64,000 nucleotides of DNA, from NCBI GenBank assembly GCA_965228735.1, contig OZ245838.1:256001-320000 (forward strand), written 5' to 3'. Position 1 is the stretch's first letter; each line of letters opens with the position of its first letter. Made by a program: the position numbers and the translations under genes. This document shows positions 1-9,389 of this stretch, in pieces. The notes beneath the pieces were generated by a model. That model did no database searches and had not been told where the DNA came from. It worked only from the letters and a program-made list of their open reading frames with translations. Source of the DNA: Planctomycetota bacterium. Lineage in GTDB: Bacteria; Planctomycetota; UBA1135; UBA2386.

Positions 1-1
1 G

Positions 2-814
2 CCGCTTCCGGATCTGGTCGTCCGGTTGCTCGCGGTGCTCAACCGGCAGGACACCGAGCCGGAGGATCTCGAGCAGTTGATGCAGAACGACCAGGTTCTC
101 GTCGCGAAGATGCTCGCGATGGTGAACTCGCCGTTCTACGGCGTGAGTCGGCCGGTCACGACGATCCGTGAGGCCGTCATGGTCCTCGGTTTCCGCGGCG
201 TTCGCAGTCTCGTGCTCGCCACGAGCACGGCCAAGTTCCTGCAGCGCGACTATTCGTGCTACGGTCATGATCGCAAGGGGCTCTGGCTGCATGCCGCGAG
301 CGTTGCCGCGGGAGCGAAAGCGCTGGCGCGGGCGCTCGGCATGCAGCAGGAGAGGGCGGAGCGACTGTTCGTTTCGGGGTTGCTGCACGACATCGGCAAG
401 CTCGTCCTGGCGCCCTACTTCGTGGAAGCGCAGCAGTCGGTCGCGCCCGGCGAATCGGCCACGGAGGTCGAGCGCCGAGTGATCGGGATCGATCACACCG
501 AAGCCGGTGCGCTGGTGACGGCGAAATGGAACCTGGCCAAGGAGATCCAGGAGGTCGTCAAGACCCATCACGACGCCTCGGGTTCGGAGGCCGATCCCGA
601 TGTTGCACGCGCGAGCGCCGTCGTCCGTCTGTCCGACGCGATCGCCCACCACCTCGGCATCGGGTACGTCGAGGGCGCCGTGCCCGCGGCGCAGGTCCTC
701 CCCGAGGACCTCGCCACGTTGGGTCTCGACGACGCGCGCTGGAGTCAGCTGCGCGACGAGATCGCGGCGCAGATGGAGGAGGGCGTCAGCGCGCTGAGCA
801 GCCTGAGCGCCTGA
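2..814 (+). CDS. HDOD domain protein (5'-truncated by window edge)
   Basis: Frame open from window start (PLPDLVVRLL...). HDOD motifs: DQVLVAKMLAMVNSPFYG, TIREAVMVLG, LWLHA, GLLHDIGKL, DHTEAGALVTAKWNL. Confidence 0.9.
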   Translation, partial: PLPDLVVRLLAVLNRQDTEPEDLEQLMQNDQVLVAKMLAMVNSPFYGVSRPVTTIREAVMVLGFRGVRSLVLATSTAKFLQRDYSCYGHDRKGLWLHAASVAAGAKALARALGMQQERAERLFVSGLLHDIGKLVLAPYFVEAQQSVAPGESATEVERRVIGIDHTEAGALVTAKWNLAKEIQEVVKTHHDASGSEADPDVARASAVVRLSDAIAHHLGIGYVEGAVPAAQVLPEDLATLGLDDARWSQLRDEIAAQMEEGVSALSSLSA

Positions 815-828
815 CTCCGAGATCCAAC

Positions 829-2511
829 ATGACGTCGCGCACGGAGACGGTCGCGAACGCGGACCAGCGCGATGCCGCGCTGGCGCCGCTGCACGTCTGT
901 CGAACCCCTTCGGCGTTGGCGAAGGTCGCGGCTGCGTGGCTCGAGCGGGCGCTGCCCGACGCCGCGTTCGCCATCTGCGCCAACGATCCGAGCGGCGGAG
1001 CGGTGGCCGAAGCCGTGAGCGGCAACGGTTGCCCGTGGCAGAAGGGCCAGCAGGTCGCCGCGGAGGACTGGCACCCGGATGGCGGCAGTCGGCACGCGAT
1101 CCTGGTGAACGAGGACCAGATCGGTGAACTCGTCGTGAGTCGGTCGCTCTCGGCCGAGGAGGACGAGCAGATCGCGGCGTTCCTCGAGCACTACTCCGCG
1201 GCGAGCGTCAATCTCGCACTCGGCGTCGAATCACAGCAGACCGCGGAGAGCTACTGCGCGAGCTTGCAGGCCCTCGAAGAGGCGGTGGTCCTGTTCCAGG
1301 AAGAGGACCCCTGTGTCGTGCACGCTCGACTCCTGAGTCTGGCGTCCTCGCTCCTCCACGCCTCGGCCGCGGCGCTCTACGTGCTGCGGGAGGTCGGCGA
1401 CATCGAGTCCGGGCTGGAACTCGCGTCCGCGCTCGGGATTCCCGAGACGGTGGTCGATGGGCTGCGGGCGGCGGACGGCGGGCCATGGGCGGAACGCCTG
1501 ACGGGGCGGCAGGTCGCATTCCTGACCCGAGACGAGTCCGGCGCTCTGGCTGGGTTGGCGCCCGAGAGCACGCTCGAGGTTCTGCAGAACGTCGTCGTCC
1601 TGCCGTTGCGCTACCACGGCGTCGAAGCCGGAGTCTGCGTGCTGTTCAACGCGGCGATCGACGAACGGCGCGCCGAGGACCACCTTCGGCGGGTGCAGAG
1701 CCTTGGCCAGCTCGGCGCGGCGCTCATGCACCGATTCCAACTCGAGTCGATCGCGGTCCAGAATCGAGCGCTGGCGAAGGAGCTGCAGATCGCCGAGACG
1801 ATCCAGCGTCAGTTGCTGCCCGCCGAGGCGCCGAACGTGCCGGGGTGCGAGTTTGCCTGGTCCTCGGTCGCGGCTGCATACATCGGTGGCGACTACCTCG
1901 ACGTGATTCCCGCGGCGAGAGGGGCGGCCCTCGGCGTCGTGGCGGACGTCAGTGGGCACGGGGTGAACTCGGCGCTCCTCATGAGTTCGTTCCGTTCGAC
2001 GTACCGTGCCGAATGCCGCCGCATGCGGATCGACGCGTTGGCCACGGGGCTCAGCTCGGAGGTCGGTCTGGAAGTCGGCGATACCGGCATGTTCATCACG
2101 GCTGCGATGTTCCGCATCGCGCCCGGCGGCCGTCGGTTGACGATCACGAGTGCCGGCCACAACCCGGTCATGATCTACCGTGCGGAATCGCGATCCGTCG
2201 ACACCGTCGAGGCCTTCGGTCCGCCGCTCGGCCTGTTCCCCGGCGCCGAGTACGGTCACGTCGAGCTCGAACTCCGGGAAGGCGACGTCGTGTTGCTCTA
2301 CACCGACGGCGTCACCGAAGCGATGGCGGCCGGCGGAGACGAGATGTTCTCCGAGGAGCGGTTGGAGCGGCTCTTGATCGACGTTGCGGGGGAGTCGGCG
2401 GCGGCGATCGTCAAGATCATCCGGGACTCGCTCGTGGAGTTCACCGGCTCGGACCAGTTCGAGGACGACGTCTCGATCCTCGTATCGAAGGCGACGCCGG
2501 TCGCGGGATAG
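829..2511 (+). CDS. PP2C/SpoIIE (RsbU-like) Ser/Thr phosphatase with N-terminal GAF-like region
   Basis: ELQIAETIQRQLLP, IGGDYLD, ADVSGHG, SAGHNP, LLYTDGVTEA, DDVSI. Start placed at ATG 829, just after the HDOD stop; the ORF-track start at 526 overlaps HDOD. Confidence 0.9.
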   Translation: MTSRTETVANADQRDAALAPLHVCRTPSALAKVAAAWLERALPDAAFAICANDPSGGAVAEAVSGNGCPWQKGQQVAAEDWHPDGGSRHAILVNEDQIGELVVSRSLSAEEDEQIAAFLEHYSAASVNLALGVESQQTAESYCASLQALEEAVVLFQEEDPCVVHARLLSLASSLLHASAAALYVLREVGDIESGLELASALGIPETVVDGLRAADGGPWAERLTGRQVAFLTRDESGALAGLAPESTLEVLQNVVVLPLRYHGVEAGVCVLFNAAIDERRAEDHLRRVQSLGQLGAALMHRFQLESIAVQNRALAKELQIAETIQRQLLPAEAPNVPGCEFAWSSVAAAYIGGDYLDVIPAARGAALGVVADVSGHGVNSALLMSSFRSTYRAECRRMRIDALATGLSSEVGLEVGDTGMFITAAMFRIAPGGRRLTITSAGHNPVMIYRAESRSVDTVEAFGPPLGLFPGAEYGHVELELREGDVVLLYTDGVTEAMAAGGDEMFSEERLERLLIDVAGESAAAIVKIIRDSLVEFTGSDQFEDDVSILVSKATPVAG

Positions 2512-2539
2512 CCCGGACTCTCGCCGGTTCCGGCTCGGG

Positions 2540-4063
2540 TCAGAAGTGACGCCGTCTGGTGCTGCTCTCGATGCCGAGCGCCTTGCGGTACTTCGTCACC
2601 GTACGTCGCGCGATGTGCACGCCGCGTTTGCCGAGCTCGTCCACGAGCTGATCGTCGGACAGCGGTGAGTCCTTGTCCTCGGCGTCGACGATCTGCTTCA
2701 GCGTGTCCTTGATGGCCTGCTGGCTGACCATGTTGCCGGTGTCCGACATCGTGCCGCTGCTGAAGAAGCGCTTCATGTCGAAGATGCCCTGCGGCGTCTG
2801 GATGTACTTGCCCGACACGGTGCGGCTCACCGTCGAGATGTGCACGGAGACCGCATCGGCGATGTCCTGCATCTTCATCGGCTTGAGGTGTTGCACGCCG
2901 TGGCGGAGGAAGCCCTCCTGGCGTTGCACGATCTCTTTCGCGACCCGCTCGATCGTGCTCTGCCGCTGGTGCACGGCCTCGATGAACCACTTGGCCGATT
3001 CGATCTTGCGGCGCAGGTACTCGTAGACCTTGGGGTCGTTCTTGGCCTCGGTCAGCAGATTGCGATAGACGCGGGAGATCGACAGCTCGGGAACCGAGCC
3101 GCGGTGCGTCTTGACGACGAACTGACCGTCGATCTCCTCGACCGTGACATCAGGCACGACCGACGTCGTCGTCTCGGCGTCGAACTCGCTGCCCGGATGC
3201 GGATTGCAGTGGGTGCGGACGAACTCCCAGCTCTCCTTGACCTCCTCGATGGACGCGCCGGTCTCCTTGGCGATCTTCGGCAGCTTGTTCATCGCCAGGT
3301 CGTCGAGATGACGCTCGACGAGCAGCCGCGTCAGCGGGCGCACGAACGCGAGATGATCCAGCTGCATCAGCAGACAGTCGCGCAGGTCGCGCGCGCCGAC
3401 GCCGAGCGGCTCGAGATCGCGCACGACCTGCACGGCCTCGTCGACGAGCGGCATCGGCGCGCCGAGCCGCGTGGCGATCTGCTCCGCGGTGTCCTCGAGG
3501 CGCCCGTTCTCGTCGAGGGAGTAGACGATCTGCTCGATGACGGGCAGGAGCTCCTCGTCGGCCTCCTGCATGCGCACCTGCGCCATGAGATAGTCGGGCA
3601 GCGAGATCGACTTCCCCGGCGTGTTGTAGAGCGCCTCGAGTTTCTTGTCCTCGTCGTCGCCGCCGCCGCCGATGCTGCCTTGCCGCCAGTTGGAGTCGAC
3701 GCGCGACTCGAGCTGGTCGATCTCGGCGGAGAACTCGCGCTGCAGGCGGTCCTCCATCCCAGAATCACGGTCCACCGGGTCGCGGTCCGCCCGGTCGCCC
3801 TCCGTCGAGTCTCGATCATCTCGGCTCCGGCGCTCGTCGTTCCCGTCGCCGTCCGAACCACCGAGCCCGTCCCGGCTGCCGGGGCCGTCCTGGCCGTCGG
3901 CGTCCTCCTGGCGCTCGAGGAAGACGTTCTCCTGCAGCTCCTGCTCGATCTGATCCTTGAGCTCGATCAGCGGCATCTGCAGGACCTTCATGGCCTGGAT
4001 CATCTGCGGCGACTGGATCAGTCGCTGTTCTGCACGCAGTGATTGGGTCAGGCCGAGCCGCAT
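2540..4063 (-). CDS. rpoN: RNA polymerase sigma-54 factor
   Basis: N-terminal Q/L-rich region I (PQMIQAMKVLQMP..EL), EPLGVGARDLRDCLLMQL, HISTVSR HTH, RpoN box ARRTVTKYR; SD GGGAGG upstream. Confidence 0.97.
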   Translation of the reverse strand: MRLGLTQSLRAEQRLIQSPQMIQAMKVLQMPLIELKDQIEQELQENVFLERQEDADGQDGPGSRDGLGGSDGDGNDERRSRDDRDSTEGDRADRDPVDRDSGMEDRLQREFSAEIDQLESRVDSNWRQGSIGGGGDDEDKKLEALYNTPGKSISLPDYLMAQVRMQEADEELLPVIEQIVYSLDENGRLEDTAEQIATRLGAPMPLVDEAVQVVRDLEPLGVGARDLRDCLLMQLDHLAFVRPLTRLLVERHLDDLAMNKLPKIAKETGASIEEVKESWEFVRTHCNPHPGSEFDAETTTSVVPDVTVEEIDGQFVVKTHRGSVPELSISRVYRNLLTEAKNDPKVYEYLRRKIESAKWFIEAVHQRQSTIERVAKEIVQRQEGFLRHGVQHLKPMKMQDIADAVSVHISTVSRTVSGKYIQTPQGIFDMKRFFSSGTMSDTGNMVSQQAIKDTLKQIVDAEDKDSPLSDDQLVDELGKRGVHIARRTVTKYRKALGIESSTRRRHF

Positions 4064-4144
4064 CCTCCCTTTGTAGCGCCAGTGCGCGCCCAGGTCACCT
4101 CCCGGAAAACCCGACCCGGGCGCGCTCGCGGTCCGCGGTCGGCC

Positions 4145-5869
4145 TTACCAGCGGACGATCGTGGCGACCGTCGACCGCCGGCGTCGGCCGTCGTGCAGCA
4201 TCATCGGGCCGTCGCCGTGCAGGATCGGTTGGCCGGCCGCGACTTCGGCGTCGTAGCTGATCGTCTGGGTCGTGAGCTGTGCCAGGTCGAGCGCGCCGGC
4301 GGGCAGCATCTGCCGGGTCGGCTGGACGGCGCAGTCCGAGCACTCGGTGAACAGGTCGAGGTGGGCGCGATCGTCGTTCGTCACCACACGCGCGCGCAGC
4401 CAGCCGCCGAACTGCAGCAGGTTCACGACCGGGTCGACGGCCTTGGCCTCCTCGGCCACCTCGACGTTGAGGCCGCCGATCACGTTCATCTCGAGACGGC
4501 GCGCGACCGTCACGTAACGTCCGGTCAGGGTCGGCACGACGAACTCGTGCAGCGTGCCGCTGTCGTTCTCCTGGCCGCGCACCGAGTGATGGACCGTGAC
4601 CGATGCGAGCAATCGGTCCTGCAGCGCCTGCAGCAGGTCGGCCGCGCGCTTGCTCGCGGTCTTGGTGCCATGGACGAACAGGTAGCCGCCGCCGATCCGG
4701 AGCTCGGTCTCCTCCTGGTCCGATTCGACCAATGAGGAGTAGAGCAGGTCGGTGAGTCGGTCGGGGCTGAGATGGCCGAAGCCGTCCTCCGGGTTCTCGA
4801 ACTCGAAGTCGATGCCGTACGGATCGACGCCCCGCGGGGCCAGGGGCGGCGAGCCCAGGCGCCCGAGCAGCGCGATGCTCGTGAGGGCGCTCACGGGGAA
4901 CGCGCTCACCCCGTCCGCGATCGCATGGCCGCCGGCGGCGGCCGGGCGGCCGGTGACGCGGACGGTCAGCACCGCGGCAGCACCGGCGCGCGGGTCGCCC
5001 GTCATCACGGCGCACAACGCGCCGCCGTTCTCGAACCGGCCCGACAACGTGCCGCACATCGTGCCGAGTCGGATCGAGTCGATCTGCGGCGCGTCCGGGA
5101 TGCCGGTGCTGAGTCGGGCGGGGCCGCCGTCCGGCACCGAATGGGCGAACTGGACGTGGGCGACGAAGTCGCTGCTGTCCGAGAGCGCGTGCGGCAGCAC
5201 GACGACGTGGCTGCCTTCGAAGTACGAGTCCGCACGCGGACGGTGGATCCACGACTTGCTCGCGATCTCGACGTCGACGTCGCGCACGTAGGAGTTCCAG
5301 TGCGAACTGTCGAGGGACACGGGCCGGCTGCTGCGCGTGACGGTCTGGCGCCGCCACAGCGGCTGCCGGTTGGCGGCGAACGCTTCATAGGCGGCGGCAT
5401 CGAGGATGCCCGTGCGCGGCGCGTTGTCGGTGACGGGCCAGAACGCGACCTCGACCGTGAGCGGGCGTGTCACCGCGCGCCGCAGCGCGTCGAGGTCGTT
5501 CTTCAGCTGGGCGACGATCCCGCCGTGGCCGAGCAGGATCAGATTGCCGCCATCGACGTCGATCGCGACCTCGTGGTCGGGGAAGCGGCGCTCGTGCATG
5601 TTCTGCAGGAACTCGTGGATCGACTCCGGCGAGAACTGTTGCGCCATCGATTGGACTCCGAGCTGGTCGATGTCCTCGACGCCGAAATCGCTGTTCACCG
5701 TCGCGGTCATCCAGACCGGCAGGGCGATCTGCGGCGGTTCGGTGCAGACCTGCTGCGTCGGCAGGATCTGCAGCACGGCGCGGTCGCCGTTCTCGTCCTG
5801 CGAGCGCGGCGCCGCGGCAAGGGCAGTGAGGATGGTCACTGCCGAGAGCAAGGTGGGTACGGATTTCAT
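4145..5869 (-). CDS. Exported protein with two tandem secretin-like (N3 + core-like) repeats
   Basis: Signal peptide MKSVPTLLSAVTILTALAAA; SD AGGAGG. Two similar blocks: GGNLILLG..LDALR..SYVRDVDVEIA and GGYLFVHG..LLQALQ..NVIGGLNVEVA. Family call is by pattern only. Confidence 0.55.
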   Translation of the reverse strand: MKSVPTLLSAVTILTALAAAPRSQDENGDRAVLQILPTQQVCTEPPQIALPVWMTATVNSDFGVEDIDQLGVQSMAQQFSPESIHEFLQNMHERRFPDHEVAIDVDGGNLILLGHGGIVAQLKNDLDALRRAVTRPLTVEVAFWPVTDNAPRTGILDAAAYEAFAANRQPLWRRQTVTRSSRPVSLDSSHWNSYVRDVDVEIASKSWIHRPRADSYFEGSHVVVLPHALSDSSDFVAHVQFAHSVPDGGPARLSTGIPDAPQIDSIRLGTMCGTLSGRFENGGALCAVMTGDPRAGAAAVLTVRVTGRPAAAGGHAIADGVSAFPVSALTSIALLGRLGSPPLAPRGVDPYGIDFEFENPEDGFGHLSPDRLTDLLYSSLVESDQEETELRIGGGYLFVHGTKTASKRAADLLQALQDRLLASVTVHHSVRGQENDSGTLHEFVVPTLTGRYVTVARRLEMNVIGGLNVEVAEEAKAVDPVVNLLQFGGWLRARVVTNDDRAHLDLFTECSDCAVQPTRQMLPAGALDLAQLTTQTISYDAEVAAGQPILHGDGPMMLHDGRRRRSTVATIVRW

Positions 5870-5944
5870 GCGTCGGTCCTCCTGATGAGTGCGGTGGGTG
5901 AGCGATCGCGGCCAGGCGATCGCCGTTGGCGGTCGGGGGCGAAC

Positions 5945-7666
5945 TCAGTCGCCGGCCGTTTGTCGCCGTCGCCGTGGCCCGTCGCGGAACCACTGCGTGA
6001 GTCGCGGGAACGCGTCGTACTTCGCGTTGTGCAGCAGCGAGCGTTCGGTCGCGGTGAGTCGGAGTGGTTGGAGCCACGGTTGCGCTGCCGGCAGCCCGGC
6101 GCGCGCGAGCGCCGTGCGCAACACGAACAGCGACCGGTCGGCGGCCGCGCGGCGCGCCGCTTCGGCGAGCCATGCGTGCGGCAGCTGCGACAACGACCAC
6201 GCCGCGGCGTAGGCCTCTTCGCGGCAGCTCGCGGTCGCCCAGGTCAGCAGCGGTCCGACGACCTGGCGTTCGGGGCTCAGCGCGAGCGCGAGCAGGCAGC
6301 GCACGCGCCGATCGACGGAGCGCGCGGCATGCAGCTCGGCGGTCACCTCGCGGAACGTCGCACGGGTCTGCGCGGCGAACAGCTCGCGGGCCGTGTCGGC
6401 GTCGTCGAGTTCGTGGCGGCGCGCCACGTCGCTCCAGCAGTCGAGCAGCAGCGTCGCACCGCCGGGGCCGCGAACGGGGAGTCGGAGTGCCGCCGCGACG
6501 ATCTCGATCGCGGACGCGTGCTGGCGCACGACGTGGCGGATCGCGCGGTCGAGCTCGTCGACCCCGAGGCGGCTCGCCACCGTGAGGGTGGCCATCTCGC
6601 GAGTCTGCAGCGGCGTCGTCGGATCCGCGTTCGCGAGGCGTCGCAGCGTCGCGTCGAGGTAGTCCCGGATGTGGGCTTCCCGCCGCACGATGAGCGCGGC
6701 GTCGGCCAGCCCGGTCACGTCGCCGTGCCCGGCCGCGAGCGTCCACAGCAGTTCGTCCAGCGCCGCGCCGGCCGCGGGCCGGCCAGGTCGCGTCGCGGCC
6801 GCGAGCGCGGTTGCCGCAGCGAGCCGTTCTCGAGCCAGCAGCCCGGGGTCGCTCAGGCGGCCCGCGAGTTGCCGCGGAGTGAGTTCCGCGAGCTCGGGCG
6901 ACTGGGCCGCTGCGGCGCGCCGGCGATCCAGTCGTGCCCGCAGCCGGCGGGCCGCGTTGTCCGCGATCGCGATCGAATCGGCGCGCGCATCAGGCTGCTC
7001 GCCGGCCGCCGGTTCGACGCCGTCCTGGGCGGCCGCCGTGGAGCCCGAGCCCATGGCAACGGGCGTCGCATCACCGGTCGCGTCGAGCCCGTCGGCGCTG
7101 GAACCGCGGTCCGCGACCGCGACGGCGTCGCGCGCCGCCTCCGCGAACTGCCACAGCCAACCGAGGCCGCCGAACGCGACGAGCAACAGCAGCGTCGGCA
7201 CGAGCACGGCCCGTTGCCGGTCGTTCGTGACCGGTTCGTCGGTCACCGCTTCGACCGGGCTCCGGCCACCGTCCCCGAACTCGATGTCCCCAGGCTCGAT
7301 GTGCCCGAGCTCGATCTCGAGCGGCTCGGCTTCGAATCGCGCGAGCGCCCCGGCGATCACGCGATCGGCCCAAGCCGTGCCGGTGCGGTCCGCGTCGCCG
7401 CGGTCACGGTCACCCGCGACCGGCGTCTCGTCCTTGGCCGACCGTCCCGCGTTCTCCGCGAGCATCGCATCGAGCCGCCGCGCCCGCTGCAGCGCGGTGC
7501 GGCACCCGTCGCAGTCGCGCAGGTGCTCGGCGAGCAGGTCGGGGCAGACCAGGTCGAAGCCACTGTCTTCGAAGCTGCCGTCGGCCGCCCCGTCGATGTC
7601 GCCATCGAGATAGAGCGCGAGCACGGCGTCGGTCCGGGCGCAGAACGCTGCGGGTTCGGCGCTCAT
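5945..7666 (-). CDS. Anti-sigma factor: zf-HC2 zinc finger, one TM helix, large helical extracytoplasmic domain
   Basis: FC...LALYLDGD...HLRDCDGC (HxxxCxxC); TM VLVPTLLLLVAFGGLGWLW; ATG 7666 overlaps the ECF stop (ATGA). Confidence 0.8.
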   Translation of the reverse strand: MSAEPAAFCARTDAVLALYLDGDIDGAADGSFEDSGFDLVCPDLLAEHLRDCDGCRTALQRARRLDAMLAENAGRSAKDETPVAGDRDRGDADRTGTAWADRVIAGALARFEAEPLEIELGHIEPGDIEFGDGGRSPVEAVTDEPVTNDRQRAVLVPTLLLLVAFGGLGWLWQFAEAARDAVAVADRGSSADGLDATGDATPVAMGSGSTAAAQDGVEPAAGEQPDARADSIAIADNAARRLRARLDRRRAAAAQSPELAELTPRQLAGRLSDPGLLARERLAAATALAAATRPGRPAAGAALDELLWTLAAGHGDVTGLADAALIVRREAHIRDYLDATLRRLANADPTTPLQTREMATLTVASRLGVDELDRAIRHVVRQHASAIEIVAAALRLPVRGPGGATLLLDCWSDVARRHELDDADTARELFAAQTRATFREVTAELHAARSVDRRVRCLLALALSPERQVVGPLLTWATASCREEAYAAAWSLSQLPHAWLAEAARRAAADRSLFVLRTALARAGLPAAQPWLQPLRLTATERSLLHNAKYDAFPRLTQWFRDGPRRRRQTAGD

Positions 7667-8268
7667 GGGTCGAGGTGCTCCTGCACGCGGGACAGCACCT
7701 TGCGGCGCGCTTCCAGCACGTGCATCCGGGCCGCGACCGGCGTGCATGCGAGCACTCCCGAGATCGTGGCGTAGTCCATGCCCTCCACGGCCCGCAGATG
7801 CAGCGCGGTGCGCTGGCGGTGGGTCAGGCGTTCCATCGCTTCGTCGACGCGGTCCTGCAACTCACGCGCGATCGCGCCGTGCATCGGCAGTGGGCCGAGC
7901 GTGTCCGGCACCTCGACGTCGCCGAGCGCCGTCTCGGATTGACCCTGGCGCGGTTCACCGCGGCGCCAGCGCGCGGGCTCGGCCGCGAGCCGAACCAGGA
8001 TGCGGAACAGCCACGTCCGCAGCGACGAGTCGCCGCGGAAGCCGGGCAGCCCGCGCAGCGCGCGCACGAGCGTCTCCTGCACCAGGTCCTCGGCCCAGTG
8101 TGGGTCGCGACAGTGGCGCCGGGCGAGCGCCAGCAGGCCGTTCAGGTACGGCTTGACCAGCGGCTGGAACGCGCTGCTGTCGCCGGCCTTCCAACGGTTC
8201 AGCCATTCGCGCTCGGCGGTGGCGGCGGGCGATTGGCTGCGTTGCGGTTGCTGGTCCACTCGGTCCAT
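7663..8268 (-). CDS. ECF-type sigma-70 factor
   Basis: Region 2 AEDLVQETLVRA..FRGDSSLRTWLFRI; region 4 LRAVEGMDYATIS; 201 aa. Confidence 0.93.
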   Translation of the reverse strand: MDRVDQQPQRSQSPAATAEREWLNRWKAGDSSAFQPLVKPYLNGLLALARRHCRDPHWAEDLVQETLVRALRGLPGFRGDSSLRTWLFRILVRLAAEPARWRRGEPRQGQSETALGDVEVPDTLGPLPMHGAIARELQDRVDEAMERLTHRQRTALHLRAVEGMDYATISGVLACTPVAARMHVLEARRKVLSRVQEHLDP

Positions 8269-8436
8269 CGGTTGGCCATTGGACCCTTGCTGCTGCCGCG
8301 GTGTAAGGGGCGGGCGCCGAATCCTCGGGATTTCGGTCGGCCGTCGCTCGAGGCTGATGGGTGGGGTGTGGAGGCCTGCGGGAATGCCTCTGTTACCTGT
8401 TCGCTGCGAGGGTCTTACGCCGAATCTGCGCCGCGG

Positions 8437-9330
8437 TCACCGGATCCCGAGCGCCGCGAAGTAGCCGAGGTAGAAGTTGAGGATGAACGCGACCGCGACC
8501 GCTCCGGCCCCGAAGTAGGCGATGTTGCCCGCCATTCGCGCCGTCGTGGCGACGTCGCGGGCGGTGACCTCGCGGCGGCGGATCAGGGTCCGATCGAGCG
8601 CGTCCTCGAGCTGGCCGGCGCCTTCGCCGGTCGCGAGGATCTGCCGCGTCTCCCGCATCAGCGCGTCCGAGCTCGCGAGCGCCTCGGCGAGATTGCTGCC
8701 GTCGCGCAACGCGCGCTCCGCGGCGCGCAGGCGCAGCCGCAGGCTCGTCACGGTCACGCTCGCCGTGGCCTGGGCGTGCGCGTCGATGATCGGCACGCCC
8801 GAGGCGTAGAGCGCGTGCAGGGTCTCGAGGTAGGGCAGTTCGCCGAGGCCGGCCGCGAGGGGGCCGAGCCACGGCACCTGCAGCCAGCGATCGCCGCCGA
8901 ACGTGATGCCGCGGTAGATCCACCAACCGAGCAGGCCGAGCACGACCAGCCCGCTGACAACGGCGATGGCGAGCCCGCTGCCGAAGACCTGGGTGCCGAT
9001 GAAGCTCAGCAGCAGCGCGAGCGCGAGCACGACCGCGGGGTAGCGCAGGCCCGCACGCAGCTGGCGGCCGAACTCGGCGCGCTGCCGGCGCTGCCGGGCG
9101 CGCCCGCGCAGGGCGTCCGTGACCCGGCCAGCCGACCACGCCGCGGCGATCATCAAGTTCTCGGCCGCCGAGATCTTGACCCCGCGGCTGCGCAGGATGC
9201 CGTGCACGGCCTGATCGCCGTCCTTCGGATTGCCGCCGAGCGCTTCGATGGCGAGGCCGGCCTCGAGGGCCGAGGCCACGTCATCGTACTGCATGGCGGC
9301 GCGGTCGTTCTCGGCGACGTTCAGCAGCAT
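8437..9330 (-). CDS. Type II secretion F / PilC family inner-membrane platform protein (short, divergent)
   Basis: Two T2SSF-like repeats (ASALEAGLAI..MIAAAWSAG..LRYP; LYASGVPI..LRDGSNLAEAL..ILATGEGAGQLEDAL) and TM segments. Start ATG 9330 inferred. Confidence 0.8.
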   Translation of the reverse strand: MLLNVAENDRAAMQYDDVASALEAGLAIEALGGNPKDGDQAVHGILRSRGVKISAAENLMIAAAWSAGRVTDALRGRARQRRQRAEFGRQLRAGLRYPAVVLALALLLSFIGTQVFGSGLAIAVVSGLVVLGLLGWWIYRGITFGGDRWLQVPWLGPLAAGLGELPYLETLHALYASGVPIIDAHAQATASVTVTSLRLRLRAAERALRDGSNLAEALASSDALMRETRQILATGEGAGQLEDALDRTLIRRREVTARDVATTARMAGNIAYFGAGAVAVAFILNFYLGYFAALGIR

Positions 9331-9389
9331 CGGTGGGGAGTCTCGGGCAGGCGGTCGCGGCGCGCAACGGGCAGGGCACAATGGGACGG

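Noticed and set aside
4772..7774. 1000-aa plus-strand ORF and similar long antisense ORFs (11803-14616, 27864-29906, 39044-41428, 52909-55383, 59739-61121)
   Set aside because: They shadow motif-bearing genes on the opposite strand and have no recognisable motifs; stop-codon scarcity at high GC explains them.
8365..8400. Autoregulatory ECF promoter (GTAAC..GCCTC on minus strand)
   Set aside because: Too short and degenerate to support without the ECF group consensus.
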